This document shows positions 24,241-35,744 of a stretch of 64,000 nucleotides of DNA, piece by piece; the stretch's first letter is position 1, and the number at the start of each line of letters is the position of its first letter. Source of the stretch: Macrostomum lignano (lineage: Eukaryota); the NCBI GenBank assembly GCA_002269645.1, contig NIVC01000909.1:328622-392621 (forward strand). The letters are read 5' to 3'. The position numbers and the translations under genes are program-made. Below the pieces are notes generated by a model. The model did not search any database, was not told the origin of the DNA, and saw nothing but the letters and a program-made list of their open reading frames with translations.

Positions 24241-25233
24241 CTAGGCACTGGACCGACAGTTAACCACCCCGGAAAAGGAGATTCCCAAAAATTTCTCCAC
24301 TTCTTTGTCAGACTCATCAAACGGAGACGAAATCGCATACAAAGTTTTGCTACCGTAGTCGGACACGAGCAGTGTGATACCAGTGTCGGACTCGAAAACC
24401 GCGACGCCAGACGGAAGCTTAAAAGGTTGCCATGCTGAAAAAATGCCGATCAAATTCTGCGAAACACTACCAGCAATGTCATAGACAGTGACAGAGTTGC
24501 TGGCGAACCCGCAAACGATCACGTGACCTTGGCTGTCTGCAGCAATCTGGCATAGCAGCGGTGGGCCGTTGATGGGTCCCGAGTGCTCTGTGAGACTCTG
24601 CGAGCTGATGCTCAACTTGAAGACGCGGCCGCTTCGATTGTCGCTCATGAAGACGTCGTGCTCAGAAGCGGCAAGACTGCCGAGGTCCGACCCGACGAGC
24701 AGCGGCTCGGAGCTCAAGTTGACGATGCTCACTGCAGACAGCTGCTTGCTCAGCACTAGCAGCCGGGGTCCGCTCCGGTCCAGCAGCAAAATGCTGTCGT
24801 TGTTTCCAGCTACGCCGCAGATGTTCCAAGAGTCGGCGCCTTCGTGCAGTCCGAGACGGTCGGCGCCGAGCTGCAGCGACACTCCACCGCTGAGGTCCAT
24901 CGCCGTGATTCGATCGGGCTGAGCCACGATCACCTGCTGCAGCTGCGAGTCCCAGTGCAGACCTGTCACCTCCTTGTCCCAATCGATGGAGTCGCAGTGA
25001 AGCTGGAACGGACCTGCCGAGCCATCCAGAGGCGACACAAGCAGGTAGTTGAAGATGCTCGGGTCGAATGACATCAGGACGCACGGCTGGGTCAGCGGCG
25101 ATAAATATTGTTGAGTGCTGTCGGCGTCAGAGGCTCTGACCACTCGGTTGGACGAGTTGACAGCGAAGCCTCTTGTACAGGTGCACACAGCCAGTCGTTT
25201 GGGACTGGCCTTCAGATGAGCAATAAACTGCAT
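24241..25233 (-). CDS. Intronless NHL-repeat/beta-propeller-like protein, copy A (330 aa)
   Basis: Uninterrupted GC-rich ORF with NHL-like motifs IAADSQGHVIV, LPSGVAV, LLVSDYG, VFMSDNRSGRV; paralogous to B and C. Confidence 0.75.
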   Translation of the reverse strand: MQFIAHLKASPKRLAVCTCTRGFAVNSSNRVVRASDADSTQQYLSPLTQPCVLMSFDPSIFNYLLVSPLDGSAGPFQLHCDSIDWDKEVTGLHWDSQLQQVIVAQPDRITAMDLSGGVSLQLGADRLGLHEGADSWNICGVAGNNDSILLLDRSGPRLLVLSKQLSAVSIVNLSSEPLLVGSDLGSLAASEHDVFMSDNRSGRVFKLSISSQSLTEHSGPINGPPLLCQIAADSQGHVIVCGFASNSVTVYDIAGSVSQNLIGIFSAWQPFKLPSGVAVFESDTGITLLVSDYGSKTLYAISSPFDESDKEVEKFLGISFSGVVNCRSSA

Positions 25234-26413
25234 GTCTAAATAGCTTTGATCAGGCTCTTGGCGCTGTTAGTCTGCTTGTTCTTTATAGCTAACCGAAAGA
25301 TTTTCGGCGGGTTATTGAGCGCAAACAGCAGATGTAGGCGATATTTACGGAATCTGAATGCGTTTGTCTAATACGGTACTTAATCAGAATCGTTTACAGT
25401 CAGTACCGTATTCAGTATACGACTGGATTGTAAAGTACCCTTGTCCTAAAAGTAGCGTGAGTATCTATTTTTAGCTCACTGCATCAGCTGTGCTGTACAC
25501 TCATATCAGTGTACAATAGTTGCACCAACAGTGTACAACCGCACGAATTATTGTACCTTCTGTGTCGGCACTTTCTTGCGCTGGGGCCATCTGGAAATTG
25601 GAGAGGCCGTTTAAAAAGGAACTTTGTTTATCATCGTCATAACTTATTTCATCCTAATTATAGCAGAATACTCCTAATGCTGAACTTCAATTTAAAGCTC
25701 AACTATACATTTATGATCTGCATAAATGAGTGACTGCAGCGCCAAATAAAACTAGTGCCGGCGACCAAATTGATGCAATAGCTGGACCAATCTATAGGCA
25801 GCTGCACAAAATGCTCCAATATTTTATGCTTGAACTAAAGTGCATCTTGCACTTTTCAGATAATTATTCTGACCTTCATACATTACATTACTTGTACGGT
25901 ACTAATTGACTTCTAACAAGCACGATTATAACGCTATCTAAAAAACTTATAGGTAAAGTCGAGTAGAGTGCCTGCTCAGCACAACAGTGATAATTTATTT
26001 AGTCCATTTGCACTGAATTTAATAAAAAGCAAGAAAAAACGTTCTTTGCAAATTATTTTTGAAAATTAACTTTTATCTTCCTGTACGTGAAAAATTTCAG
26101 TCGGATAATCGTTATCAATATAAAATTACTGTCCTGACTCTATGGCGTATAAATTATAAAACCGTCTACACTGCATAAACGGCTACAAGAGACAGAGAGA
26201 GCAAGAACCGCAGAAAACCCTTGCAAAAACTGCTCTGACAGTGGCTGGCAAACTAAATGCAGCTTCACGTGGATTTTCTTTTCAAAGAACATAAATAGAA
26301 TAATCTGAATTGTGAATCTGCGTTAAATAACTTTACCTTACGAATAGACGGTTGCGTTTAACGAGTGAACTACTGTTTATAACAAAATTAATTGACCGAA
26401 AGATAACTAAAAT

Positions 26414-27418
26414 ATGCCTAATCAGTCGTCTGCAAAAATTGAGCACGACTTTCTGAGAGCCAGTCCCAAACGGTTGGCTGTGTGCACCTGTACAAGAGGC
26501 TTCGCTGTCAACTCGTCCAACCGAGTGGTCAGAGCCTCTGACGCCGACAGCACTCAACAATATTTATCGCCGCTGACCCAGCCGTGCGTCCTGATGTCAT
26601 TCGACCCGAGCATCTTTAACTACCTGCTTGTGTCGCCTCTGGATGGCTCGGCAGGTCCGTTCCAGCTTCACTGCGACTCCATCGACTGGGACAAGGAGGT
26701 GACAGGTCTGCACTGGGACTCGCAGCTGCAGCAGGTGATCGTGGCTCAGCCCGATCGGATCACGGCGATGGACCTCAGCGGCGGAGTGTCGCTGCAGCTC
26801 GGCGCCGACCGTCTCGGACTGCGCGAAGGCGCCGACTCTTTGAACATCTGCGGCGTAGCTGGAAACAACGACAGCATTTTGCTGCTGGACCGGAGCGGAC
26901 CCCGACTGCTGGTGCTGAGCAAGCGGCGACCGATATGGAGCATCGTCAACTTGAGCTCTGAGCCGCTACTCGCCAATGCCGACCTTGGAAGCATCGCCGC
27001 GTCCGGTAAGAGCATCTTCGTCGGGGACAACTCAACTGGTCGCATCTTCAAGCTGTGCATCGAAACGGGGCGTGTTACGGTACACTCAGAAGTAGTATTA
27101 GGCTCGCCGCGGCTCTGCCAGATTGCGGCCGATAGCAGAGGTCACGTGGTTGTTAGCGGATTCACCAGCAACTCGATTGCTGTCCTTAACACAGATGGCA
27201 AAGTGCTGCAGACTCTAGCGGAGGTTCGAGGCAATCCGCTTCGTTTGCCGTCTGGCGTCGCCGTTCTGGAGTCAGGCGGAAGCTTCACCCTGCTGCTGGC
27301 CGAATATGGCAGAATGAGGTTGCTGGTGCTGCCTCTGACCTCATCCTACCTTGATCTGAGCTACCGTACGGAGCACATCTCTGACTTGTGCCAACAGTTT
27401 TGCCGAGTACTAAGTTGA
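26414..27418 (+). CDS. Intronless NHL-repeat/beta-propeller-like protein, copy B (334 aa)
   Basis: IAADSRGHVVV, LPSGVAV, LLLAEYG; 26459-26924 about 98% identical to A and C. Confidence 0.75.
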   Translation: MPNQSSAKIEHDFLRASPKRLAVCTCTRGFAVNSSNRVVRASDADSTQQYLSPLTQPCVLMSFDPSIFNYLLVSPLDGSAGPFQLHCDSIDWDKEVTGLHWDSQLQQVIVAQPDRITAMDLSGGVSLQLGADRLGLREGADSLNICGVAGNNDSILLLDRSGPRLLVLSKRRPIWSIVNLSSEPLLANADLGSIAASGKSIFVGDNSTGRIFKLCIETGRVTVHSEVVLGSPRLCQIAADSRGHVVVSGFTSNSIAVLNTDGKVLQTLAEVRGNPLRLPSGVAVLESGGSFTLLLAEYGRMRLLVLPLTSSYLDLSYRTEHISDLCQQFCRVLS

Positions 27419-28397
27419 CTTTTTCCGAACGGAAGTCACTCGTAAACTAAATGTAACTGCAGAGGATTATTTATCATACATCTAAACGTGTAGCTTCATG
27501 ACTTGTTCCCCTTAACAATATTCTTGTCTTGTCATGGTTGTATAAATTTCCAAGTAACGTAATAAAGCCATAATTTTCGGTAGTATATTTTTGTAATCAA
27601 TACTTACACTAATGCGTTGTGTCTGATACCTGGTGACAAAACCGACGTAGCACATTTCTGGAGTTAAAATACACTAATTAAATACTCGTACTTTATCCAG
27701 AATCAAAAAAACTGAAAATTTTTACTGTCGACTGTTTCACGGTACGGGTTTGAGGTTTTTGAGAGACAGGGTTGCGTCTGTGTAGTCGTATTGCTGCAGA
27801 CGTCTATTGGCATAGATGATAGACCCAATTCCGCACACTTGAAATAACTTCACTTTAGTATTTAATGAGCACAGTTTGTACTTTAAGCAACCAAACGGAA
27901 CTTCTCACAAGCTTGAAACTTCTTGCGGTTAAAGGATCTTCTAATCCCTTCAGAAGGTCCCAAACGTTTTGTAAGCTTTATGATTATAAAGCTTCTAAAC
28001 AATTGATGCATATTTAGTAGCTACTTATCTCACAAAAAATGTAATTTGACAAATGGCCATGGCTAAGTGTAAGAATATGACTAAGCTAGACTAAGGCTAA
28101 GACTAGAAAAGATGCATACCTATTCGCAAATGAATATATGAAGCAACCGTAAGTCTGCAACTTGAATAGCCCTCTTGTGTTAGTATATACATAGGAAAAT
28201 ATTTCCTGCACCAGACAGACAATTGTGTTATAGAGTTCGCATGAAGGGCGTAAAATATATACGACTGAGACCATTAAAGCGCTATAGTTTCTAGATGGAG
28301 TTATGGTACACTGCATGAAAGTTACGGAAAATCTGAATAACTCGGAAAATTTCTAATTGAATCAAATTGTTCGATATTGCTAAAACATTCTAACCCT

Positions 28398-28643
28398 CGA
28401 TTGCCGTTCTCAACACAGATGGCAGAGTGCTGCAGACTCTTGCGGAGATTCGAGGCAATCCGCTTCGTTTGCCGTCTGGCGTCGCCGTTCGGGAGTCAGA
28501 CAGAGTCTTCACCCTGCTTGCTGCTGGCCGAATATGGCAGAATGAGGTTGCTTTTGCTGCCTCTGACCTCATCCTACCTTGATCTGAGCTACCGTACGGA
28601 GCACATCTCTGACTTATGCCAACAGTTTTGTCGAGTACTATAA
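28398..28643 (+). pseudogene. NHL-like 3' fragment D (duplicate of B 27174-27418, with indels)
   Basis: Near-identical to the 3' end of B but 5'-truncated and frameshifted; downstream flank also duplicated (27420-28030 vs 28645-29230). Confidence 0.8.
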
Positions 28644-29230
28644 GTTGATTTTTTCGGAAGGGAAGTTACTCGTAAACTAAATGTAACTGGATTATTTATC
28701 ATACATCTAAACTTGTAGCTTCATGACTTGTTCCCCCTTAACAATATTCTTGTCTCGGCATGGTAGCATAATTTTCCAAGTAAATAATGCCATACAATAA
28801 CGCGTTGTGGATGATAACTGGTGACAAAGCCGTACCACATTTCTGTAATTATAATACACAAATAGAAAATTTTATGCAGTAACATACGCTGACAAATTTG
28901 ACTGTCCACTATTTTACGGTTCGGGTTTTGGGCTGTTTGGGAGATACAAGGCTTCTGAGTCTGTAATCATATTGCTGCAGACTTCTCTTTCGTCAGATTG
29001 TAATAGAATTGATTACGCACTTTGAAATAACTTCACTTAATACGAGGCGTAGTATTTAATGAGCACAGTTTGTACTTTAAGCAAACAAATCTAGACACAC
29101 AGAGAGTTTAATTTATCTGCTTAACATCTCACAAACTTAAGGAACTTCTTGCGGCTGCAGGATCTTCTTAATCCTATCAGAAGGTCTTGATCGTTTTATG
29201 AGCTTATTGATTATGAAGCTTTTTAGTAGC

Positions 29231-29568
29231 CAGGGGCGTCGCCATGGATTTTAAGGTGGGGGGGGGACAAAGTCAAGAATTCAACATGTACATGCATGTA
29301 ATGTACATGACTAAATTCCTACATTTCCATTATTTTGAGAACCATGTTGTCAGCTCTCATTTTGGCGCCGCAGGCACTAATTTTGGCGCTGCAGCCACTC
29401 ATTGTAGCGCCGTAGGCGCTATATTTTGGCACCCTAAAGAAAAATTTTGATTACCACAACGATTCACAAGGTGTTGGGGGGGGGGTACAAAGCATTGGCA
29501 TATCCCCCCTATAGCTTTTTCTGGTCGGGACACGTCCTCCCTGCCCCCCCCCGGTGGCGACGCGCCTG
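29231..29568 (+). mobile_element. Non-autonomous hAT-like MITE (338 bp)
   Basis: 14-bp TIR CAGGGGCGTCGCCA / TGGCGACGCGCCTG (1 mismatch); 8-bp TSD TTAGTAGC (29223-29230) / TTAGGAGC (29569-29576); empty paralogous site at 28014-28021. Confidence 0.85.
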
Positions 29569-30202
29569 TTAGGAGCTATTTAGCTTAAAAATTTGCTCCA
29601 ACCAATGGCCATGTCGAAGCTCAAGACTGTATCGCGATTGCGTGGGTGTTAACGAAAAGGTTATAGTTATTCGTACGAGCGTACATTAGAACAAGTGAAA
29701 ATGTACTGCCTCGGTAAAGGAAGCTAACTAAAGTTTTCTTTTTATTACGAGCGTTAACTTAAAATGTATTCAAAACGCTTCATCTCAAGACGGTCTGCAA
29801 CGCAGCTCACTGTTGCAAGATCCAGTTTCTTGTATTTTTAGAGAATCGTCATAAATTCTCACTTGAACATTGCAGGCATTGCAAAATTCCAGGAAATTCT
29901 CTGCACAAGACACACATTGTACGCAAATGCATATTTGCCCTCCTGTGCCAGACTGGAGAGACAAATATTTCCTGCACCCAGGTAGACAATTGTGTTAAAG
30001 TTCGCAAGTGCGTAAATTAAATAAGATATTGCGATCATTAATGCGCTCTAGTTTCTATACTGGACGAAGGTTATTGAAAATCGGACTACTCGGATTTTCC
30101 ATAACCATCTAATAGAATTGCTATAAAACTGCTAAAGAGTTTGAACACTCGGATATTCACCAATTAGGGCACAAAATTTAGATTTTACGAGACAGACTTC
30201 TC

Positions 30203-30251
30203 GCCAGACCCAAGCGGTTTCTGTGTGCACCTGTACAAGAGGCTTCGCTGT
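30203..30251 (+). pseudogene. 49-bp 5' fragment E of an NHL-like copy
   Basis: GCCAGACCCAAGCGGTTTCTGTGTGCACCTGTACAAGAGGCTTCGCTGT matches the start of the conserved block, then is cut off by the copy C block. Confidence 0.7.
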
Positions 30252-30416
30252 ACCGTAAGCATCGTATTAAGTACCGTATTAGACAAACGCATTCAGATTC
30301 CGTAAATATCGCCTACATCTGCTGTTTGCGCTCAATAACCCGCCGAAAATCTTTCGGTTAGCTATAAAGAACAAGCAGACTAACAGCGCCAAGAGCCTGA
30401 TCAAAGCTATTTAGAC

Positions 30417-31115
30417 ATGCAGTTTATTGCTCATCTGAAGGCCAGTCCCAAACGGTTGGCTGTGTGCACCTGTACAAGAGGCTTCGCTGTCAACTCGTCC
30501 AACCGAGTGGTCAGAGCCTCTGACGCCGACAGCACTCAACAATATTTATCGCCGCTGACCCAGCCGTGCGTCCTGATGTCATTCGACCCGAGCATCTTCA
30601 ACTACCTGCTGGTGTCGCCTCTGGATGGCTCAGCAGGTCCGTTCCAGCTTCACTGCGACTCCATCGATTGGGACAAGGAGGTGACAGGTCTGCACTGGGA
30701 ATCGCAGCTGCAGCAGGTGATCGTGGCTCAGCCCGACCGAATCACGGCGATGGACCTCAGCGGCGGAGTGTCGCTGCAGCTCGGCGCCGACCGTCTCGGA
30801 CTGCACGAAGGCGCCGACTCTTTGAACATCTGCAGCGTAGCTGGAAACAACGACAGCATTTTGCTGCTGGACCGGAGCGGACCTCGACTGCTGGTGCTGA
30901 GCAAGCAGCTGTCTGCAGTGAGCATCGTCAACTTGAGCTCCGAGCCCAGCTATGACATTGCTGGTAGTGTTTCGCAGAATTTCTTACAGGATGCTGGAGG
31001 CAACCCACTTCAAAGGCCTTCTGGTGTTGCCCTGATCGAGTTGGGTAATCAGGCTAATCTGATTCTGGCTGAGTATGACCGAAGGCGGTTGCTGTTCCTT
31101 GCTAACATTTTCTAA
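30417..31115 (+). CDS. NHL-like copy C (232 aa), in-frame internal deletion and distinct tail
   Basis: Identical upstream 151 bp and N-terminal half to A; 72 aa shorter than A between SSEP and YDIAG; tail RPSGVAL...ILAEYD; AATAAA at ~31331. Confidence 0.65.
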   Translation: MQFIAHLKASPKRLAVCTCTRGFAVNSSNRVVRASDADSTQQYLSPLTQPCVLMSFDPSIFNYLLVSPLDGSAGPFQLHCDSIDWDKEVTGLHWESQLQQVIVAQPDRITAMDLSGGVSLQLGADRLGLHEGADSLNICSVAGNNDSILLLDRSGPRLLVLSKQLSAVSIVNLSSEPSYDIAGSVSQNFLQDAGGNPLQRPSGVALIELGNQANLILAEYDRRRLLFLANIF

Positions 31116-31509
31116 CTAAGGACATAAGTTCTGTGCTTTATGTACAGATAGTTTTGCGTTTGGTTTATAACTAGTGCGTCTTTCATTATTTCTGTAGCTA
31201 CACGATTTACGCTCGTATTTATTCCGCCAACTTGTACTACTTATACCAGTACCTGGTCTGAAAAGTAGTGCAAAATGTTTTTTCGTTCGGGCAAAAAAGC
31301 ACTAGCTAAACAAATAAAAAATGACCATTTAATAAATAAATTGTCAACTACTATATCGTTTATTTTTTAAAGTCATACAACACAAGCAAGTTTAATACGA
31401 CTAACTATGACTACTTTCCATAAAATTAGAATCACAATATTTTAAAATTACAAACTAGTTCGACAAGTTAACACGGTCTACACAGTTATAAAATCTCAAA
31501 TGTTGTTAA

Positions 31510-31659
31510 TTAGTCAAAATCCGCGTTACTTCTAAATGTTGGAGCGGCGCACTTTAAATCTCCAATATTGCGTTTCAGTCTGGTTTCCAGTGCGATAACA
31601 GCCCGCGACATCCGCACCAGGTGCTGAATCACGGGGTCCGAAGTCTTCGCCGCTGGCAA
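31510..31659 (-). CDS. LRCH: LRCH last coding exon 7b (soluble isoform; putative final CH helix)
   Basis: Strong acceptor tttccctttttctAG (31661-31660), phase 0 matching exon 6; LPAAKTSDPVIQHLVRMSRAVIALETRL...FD*; minus-strand AATAAA at 31364-31359. Too short for the ORF track. Confidence 0.65.
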   Translation of the reverse strand: MPAAKTSDPVIQHLVRMSRAVIALETRLKRNIGDLKCAAPTFRSNADFD

Positions 31660-31930
31660 CTAGAAAAAGGGAAAGTTAAAATTTTAATTTGCACCAAAAA
31701 AATTCACAATTCTTCCTCAATAAACAAAATCGTACAATGAAAAAGACTAACAGAAAAAATGCGTTAGATGCTACTTGTTTTATTAATCAGTAGTGAAATT
31801 AGACAAATTCACGTCTATAAAGTGTTAGCCAATTAGTCAGGGTCAATTATATTTGTTACGATTTTAACGATTCAGTCACCACAACAAGAAAACACAGCGC
31901 ATCTTCGTTTCAAACATGTTTTTCGATTAA

Positions 31931-32025
31931 ATGTCTGTCTGTCCGTCTGTCTGTCTGTTTGTCTCTGTCTGTCTGTCTCTCTGTCTTAGTGTCTTAATGT
32001 CTGTCTGTCTGTCTGTCTGTCTGTG

Positions 32026-32080
<55 letters not shown>

Positions 32081-32202
32081 CTCTCTGTCTTAGTGTCTTA
32101 ATGTCCGTCTGTATGTCTGTCTGTCTGTCTGTCTGTCTCTCTGTCTATCTGTCTGTCATAGTGTCTGTCTGTCTGTCTATCTGTCTGTCTGTCTGTCTCT
32201 CC

Positions 32203-32288
<86 letters not shown>

Positions 32289-32435
32289 CTGTCTGTCTGT
32301 TTGTCTCTGTCTGTCTGTCTATCTGTCTTAGTGTCTTAATGTCCGTCTGTCTGTCTGTCCGTCTGTCTGCCTGTCTGTCTGTCTGTCTGTCTGTCCATCT
32401 GTCTGTCTGTCTGCCTGTCTGTCTGTCTGTCTGTG
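31931..32435. repeat. (TCTG)n microsatellite
   Basis: Direct. Confidence 0.96.
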
Positions 32436-32833
32436 ACGTGTTCTATGTTATCCCGGGAGCATGTACACATAAAACAAATTTGTAAACAAATAAAATAAAA
32501 ATAGATCAGAATGTACATAAGTAGCGTATCGAAACTATCCAGCAAATATATAGGGGCATTAAGCACTTTCTCCTGACCATCGAGATGGATCAAAGTTCAC
32601 TATAAAACTGCAACTAGATAGAATTAAGTTAAGAGAAGAAAGTTCTTAACGAAAAAACTAGGAAACGTATATAACAAGACTTGAAAAATAAAATATTAAA
32701 ATTTAAAGTTACTAGACAATGTGGTTAAAATAGGTAAATTTATTATTAAAAGACAAAGAGACAAAGTGAAAGCAGACAGAGATTCAATTATAACATATGT
32801 AACAAGGCAATGATTTTCAATATTACTATTGTA

Positions 32834-33869
32834 CGAGGGGCGTCCGGAAAGTAGTGTTACTTTTGCTTGGTGTGGACGTATGGACAGTCACACTTGCATG
32901 CGCTTGGTGTCATTTGAAAGCGGCAAGTCTCTTCTTTAAAATGACACCAATTGCAAGAGATTTGGATCCGTGCTTCAAGAGATATGGACGATTAAGTAGA
33001 GAAAGGTCAGTCATAGACTTACAGAACCTCAAAAATGTCAACAGAAAACTTTTACGAGTTTATCGATTTTTTTGTAATCATGGGCTGTCTATGGCCAAAT
33101 GTGATGCAGTGAACGAGAGGGGCTGTCTCTGCTTTACGAGACTTACGAGTTTTACGAGACTTGTAAAACTGCTTCTGCTGCGCCTGCAAAGTTTATTGAA
33201 ATTCAATTTTCAATTATGAACTGCAAATGGATGTGCATTCAAAGACTGGGCAGCGACATGCCATCTTTACACTTTGGAGCTCCGGAACCAAATCGGCTGA
33301 CATCCACAGGCAACTTTGCACAGCTCATGGCGACCTTGTTCCCTGAGTTAAAGCGACAGCTTCGAGGGCGAGTTCACAACAGTCGTGATTACTTGGAGAG
33401 TGAGGTCAGGAGGATCTTGCTGCACCAGATCCCAAGAAATGTGTATGCAAACGCCATCGACAAGATGCGAGACCGATGGGAGAAGTGCATCATGTCTCAT
33501 GGTGACTACGTTGAGAAGACAAGTCTGCCAACCGATGAATGATTTTAATGTTGTTCGCTTGTGTGATAATTTGCTTGTTATCTGTTTCACCTGCTTCTGT
33601 ACTGTACTGTTGTGTTTTTTGTTTTTTCTGGAGTAATTACGCTCGTGATAAAAGTTTTCTGTTGACATTTTTGAGGTTCTGTAAGTCTATGACTGACCTT
33701 TCTCTACTTAATCGTCCGTATCTCTTGAAGCACAGATTCAAATCTCTTGCAATTGGTGTCATTTTAAAGAAAAGACTTGCCGCTTTCAAATGACACCAAG
33801 CACATGCAAGTGTGACTGTCCATACGTCCACACCAAGCAAAAGTAACACTACTTTCCGGACGCCCCTCG
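32834..33869 (+). mobile_element. Mariner-family deletion derivative (1036 bp) with ~220-bp TIRs
   Basis: TA TSD (32832-32833, 33870-33871); TIRs begin CGAGGGGCGTCCGGAAAGT and extend ~32834-33054 / ~33649-33869 with few mismatches; internal LFPELKRQLRG...RWEKCIMSHGDYVEK is a mariner transposase C-terminus. Confidence 0.92.
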
Positions 33870-34214
33870 TAAAAACCGGTTTATCGTGGTAATGTTTTAA
33901 TAATAGAAGTTACAATTCTAAAAAATCGCATTGAGCGTAGATAAAAACGTACAAAAACTGTATATTAGTAGTGGATAAATAAGTTGAAAGCTTAAAGAAT
34001 ATCCTATGGCCACAGCTTAGAAAGTGAGTGATAGAGGAATTCAGTGCATCGATTGAATATGCAACTTGGAAATATTGTTTTAAATGAACTGTTGAAAATT
34101 TTCCAGGACAAAAATAGGACGAATAATACGCCATGAGAATAAATGCTACAATGTTTTTCGACAATTTTAAGTTCTAGAGTGGCCTTTAGGTGTACATTGA
34201 GGGCAGAGGCTTAA

Positions 34215-35175
34215 TTTGGTATGGGTTAGATCAGGAGAGTGTTCATTGGGGGCAGAGGCTACTGGGGTAGGGGTTTAGTTAGGAGAGAGAGTACATTGGG
34301 GGCAGAGGCTACTGGGGTAGGGATTTAGTTAGGAGAGAGAGTACATTGGGGGCAGAGGCTACTGGGGTAGGGGTTTAGTCAGGAGAGTGTACATTAGGGG
34401 CAGAGGCTACAGGGGTAGGTTTAGTTAGGAGAGAGAGTACATTGGGGGCAGAGGCTACTGGGGTAGGGGTTTAGTTAGGAGAGAGAACATTGGGGGCAGA
34501 GGCTACTGGGGTAGGGGTCTAGTTAGGAGAGTGTACATTGGGGGCAGAGGCTACTGGGGTAGGGGTTTGTTTGGGAGAGAGTACATTGGGGGCAGATGCT
34601 ATTGGGGTAGGGGTTTCGTCAGGAGAGAGTACATTGGGGGCAGAGGCTACTGGGGTAGGGGTTTAGTTAGGAGAGTGTACATTGGGGGCAGAGGCTACTG
34701 GGGTAGGGGTTTAGTGAGGAGTGTACATTGGGGGCAGATGCTACTGGGGTAGGGGTTTGTTTGGGAGAGAGTACATTGGGGGCAGAGGCTACTGGGGTAG
34801 GGGTTTCGTCAGGAGAGAGTACATTGGGGGCAGAGGCTACTGGGGTAGGGGTTTGTTTGGGAGAGAGTACATTGGGGGCAGATGCTATTGGGGTAGGGGT
34901 TTCGTCAGGAGAGAGTACATTGGGGGCAGAGGCTACTGGGGTAGGGGTTTCGTCGGGAGTGTACATTGGGGGCAGATGCTACTGGGGTAGGGGTTTGTTT
35001 GGGAGAGAGAGTAATTTGGGGGCAGGGGCTACTGTGGTAGGGGTTTCGTCGGGAGAGAGAGTACATTGGGGGCAGGGGCTACTGTGGTAGGGGTTTCGTC
35101 GGGAGAGAGAGTACATTGGGGGCAGATGCTACTGGGGTAGGGGTTTCGTCGGGAGAGAGAGGGCATTGGGGGCAG
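34215..35175. repeat. ~48-bp G-tract minisatellite (GAGAGTACATTGGGGGCAGAGGCTACTGGGGTAGGGGTTTAGTTAGGA)
   Basis: Direct; lies just beyond the candidate donor at 35209. Confidence 0.95.
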
Positions 35176-35347
35176 AGACTCTGACGGTACTGAGACGGAA
35201 TGCACATACCTCATTTGATGCACATGTAGCATCGACCACAATAGAGTACGCCAAAAAATCTAATAATAATGAGCTATGTTTTATGAACAAAATGAATATC
35301 AAGACCAATGTTCTGTTTCATGATATCGAGATATTTAAAACACGACA

Positions 35348-35497
35348 TCAGCAAGAAACAGTCCAGCTGTTATTTAGCAAGTAACCGCAGGTTAGAAGCC
35401 AGAAGATGAGCAAAGCAATTGCCAGCACTTTGTCTAGAAACTGTGGCGGTCCTCTGACACGACAGTCCCCTAGTTTTGCCAATAAGGACAAGTTAGC
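35348..35497 (-). CDS. LRCH: LRCH alternative exon 7a encoding a C-terminal transmembrane helix
   Basis: Acceptor cattttcAG (35499-35498), phase 0; ANLSLLAKLGD...KVLAIALLIFWLLTCGYLLNNSWTVSC*; candidate downstream donor GAG|GTATGT at 35209. Confidence 0.65.
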   Translation of the reverse strand, partial: ANLSLLAKLGDCRVRGPPQFLDKVLAIALLIFWLLTCGYLLNNSWTVSC

Positions 35498-35744
35498 CTG
35501 AAAATGTGTTTTTTTACAAGTTAGGAATCGCATTATTAACACAAACTACGGTTTAACACCGCACTGCAAGTAGACAATACGGTTAATTTAACTTATTAAA
35601 GTTAACAGTTAGCAGGTTAAGTTATGTAACTAAGCAAAAAACGCTGGGCCCAGAAAAAAATGTCGGTTACTACGAAATTTCTTTCAAGAAAGCAATCGCG
35701 AAACTTAATTCAACTACCTAATGTAAGACTTATCGCTTTCTTAG

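Noticed and set aside
24569-30955. Shadow ORFs overlapping the NHL-like copies (e.g. MRPDVIRPEH...)
   Set aside because: Alternate frames of the same GC-rich DNA; no independent support.
33216-33542. 108-aa ORF as a functional gene
   Set aside because: Only the C-terminal fragment of a mariner transposase fused to unrelated sequence; catalytic residues absent.
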